64,000 nucleotides of DNA. It comes from Camelus ferus. Taxonomy: Eukaryota. The DNA lies in NCBI RefSeq assembly GCF_009834535.1, contig NC_045698.1, positions 2,420,001-2,484,000 of the forward strand, given 5' to 3'. Positions 63,998 to 64,000 of the stretch are shown here, one piece after another. A model generated the notes under the pieces. It made no database searches. It saw only the letters and a list, made by a program, of their open reading frames with translations, and was not told the DNA's origin. A program made the translations under genes and the position numbers. Position 1 is the first letter of the stretch. Each line of letters begins with the position of its first letter.

Positions 63998-64000
63998 GTA

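Noticed and set aside
63976..64000. Naming the MNKKK gene (PRPF6 starts MNKKK; RNF32 starts with a short MLKNK segment, both from memory)
   Set aside because: Five codons cannot support an assignment, and the sequence context does not clearly match either gene.

Overview
Mammalian genomic DNA, most likely camelid, judged from two copies of the tylopod tRNA-derived vic-1-type SINE and cetartiodactyl-style L1 3' ends. The window looks essentially intergenic or intronic. I recognise no host protein-coding gene; nearly all ORF-track entries are chance ORFs in GC-rich or low-complexity DNA, and the only recognisable peptides are decayed LINE-1 ORF2 fragments. It contains many interspersed repeats (L1 of several ages, L2, MIR, MaLR/MLT1 solo LTRs, two ERV1-class solo LTRs including a MER41-like one, a Tigger3a/MER2-type MITE), microsatellites and an 83-bp tandem duplication. 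There are two CpG-rich promoter-like regions (~45.6-46.2 kb and ~62.3-62.7 kb) and several exon-like segments that may belong to unannotated transcripts or to genes extending beyond the window edges. Base composition shifts from GC/CpG-rich (about 1-52 kb) to AT-rich (about 55-64 kb). I found no convincing novel biological system. The best leads are the STAT/GAS motif in the MER41-like LTR, an internally deleted L1 bounded by a single TSD pair, and the right-end promoter with a candidate start exon. Repeat family names come from my recall of consensus sequences and need RepeatMasker/Dfam confirmation.
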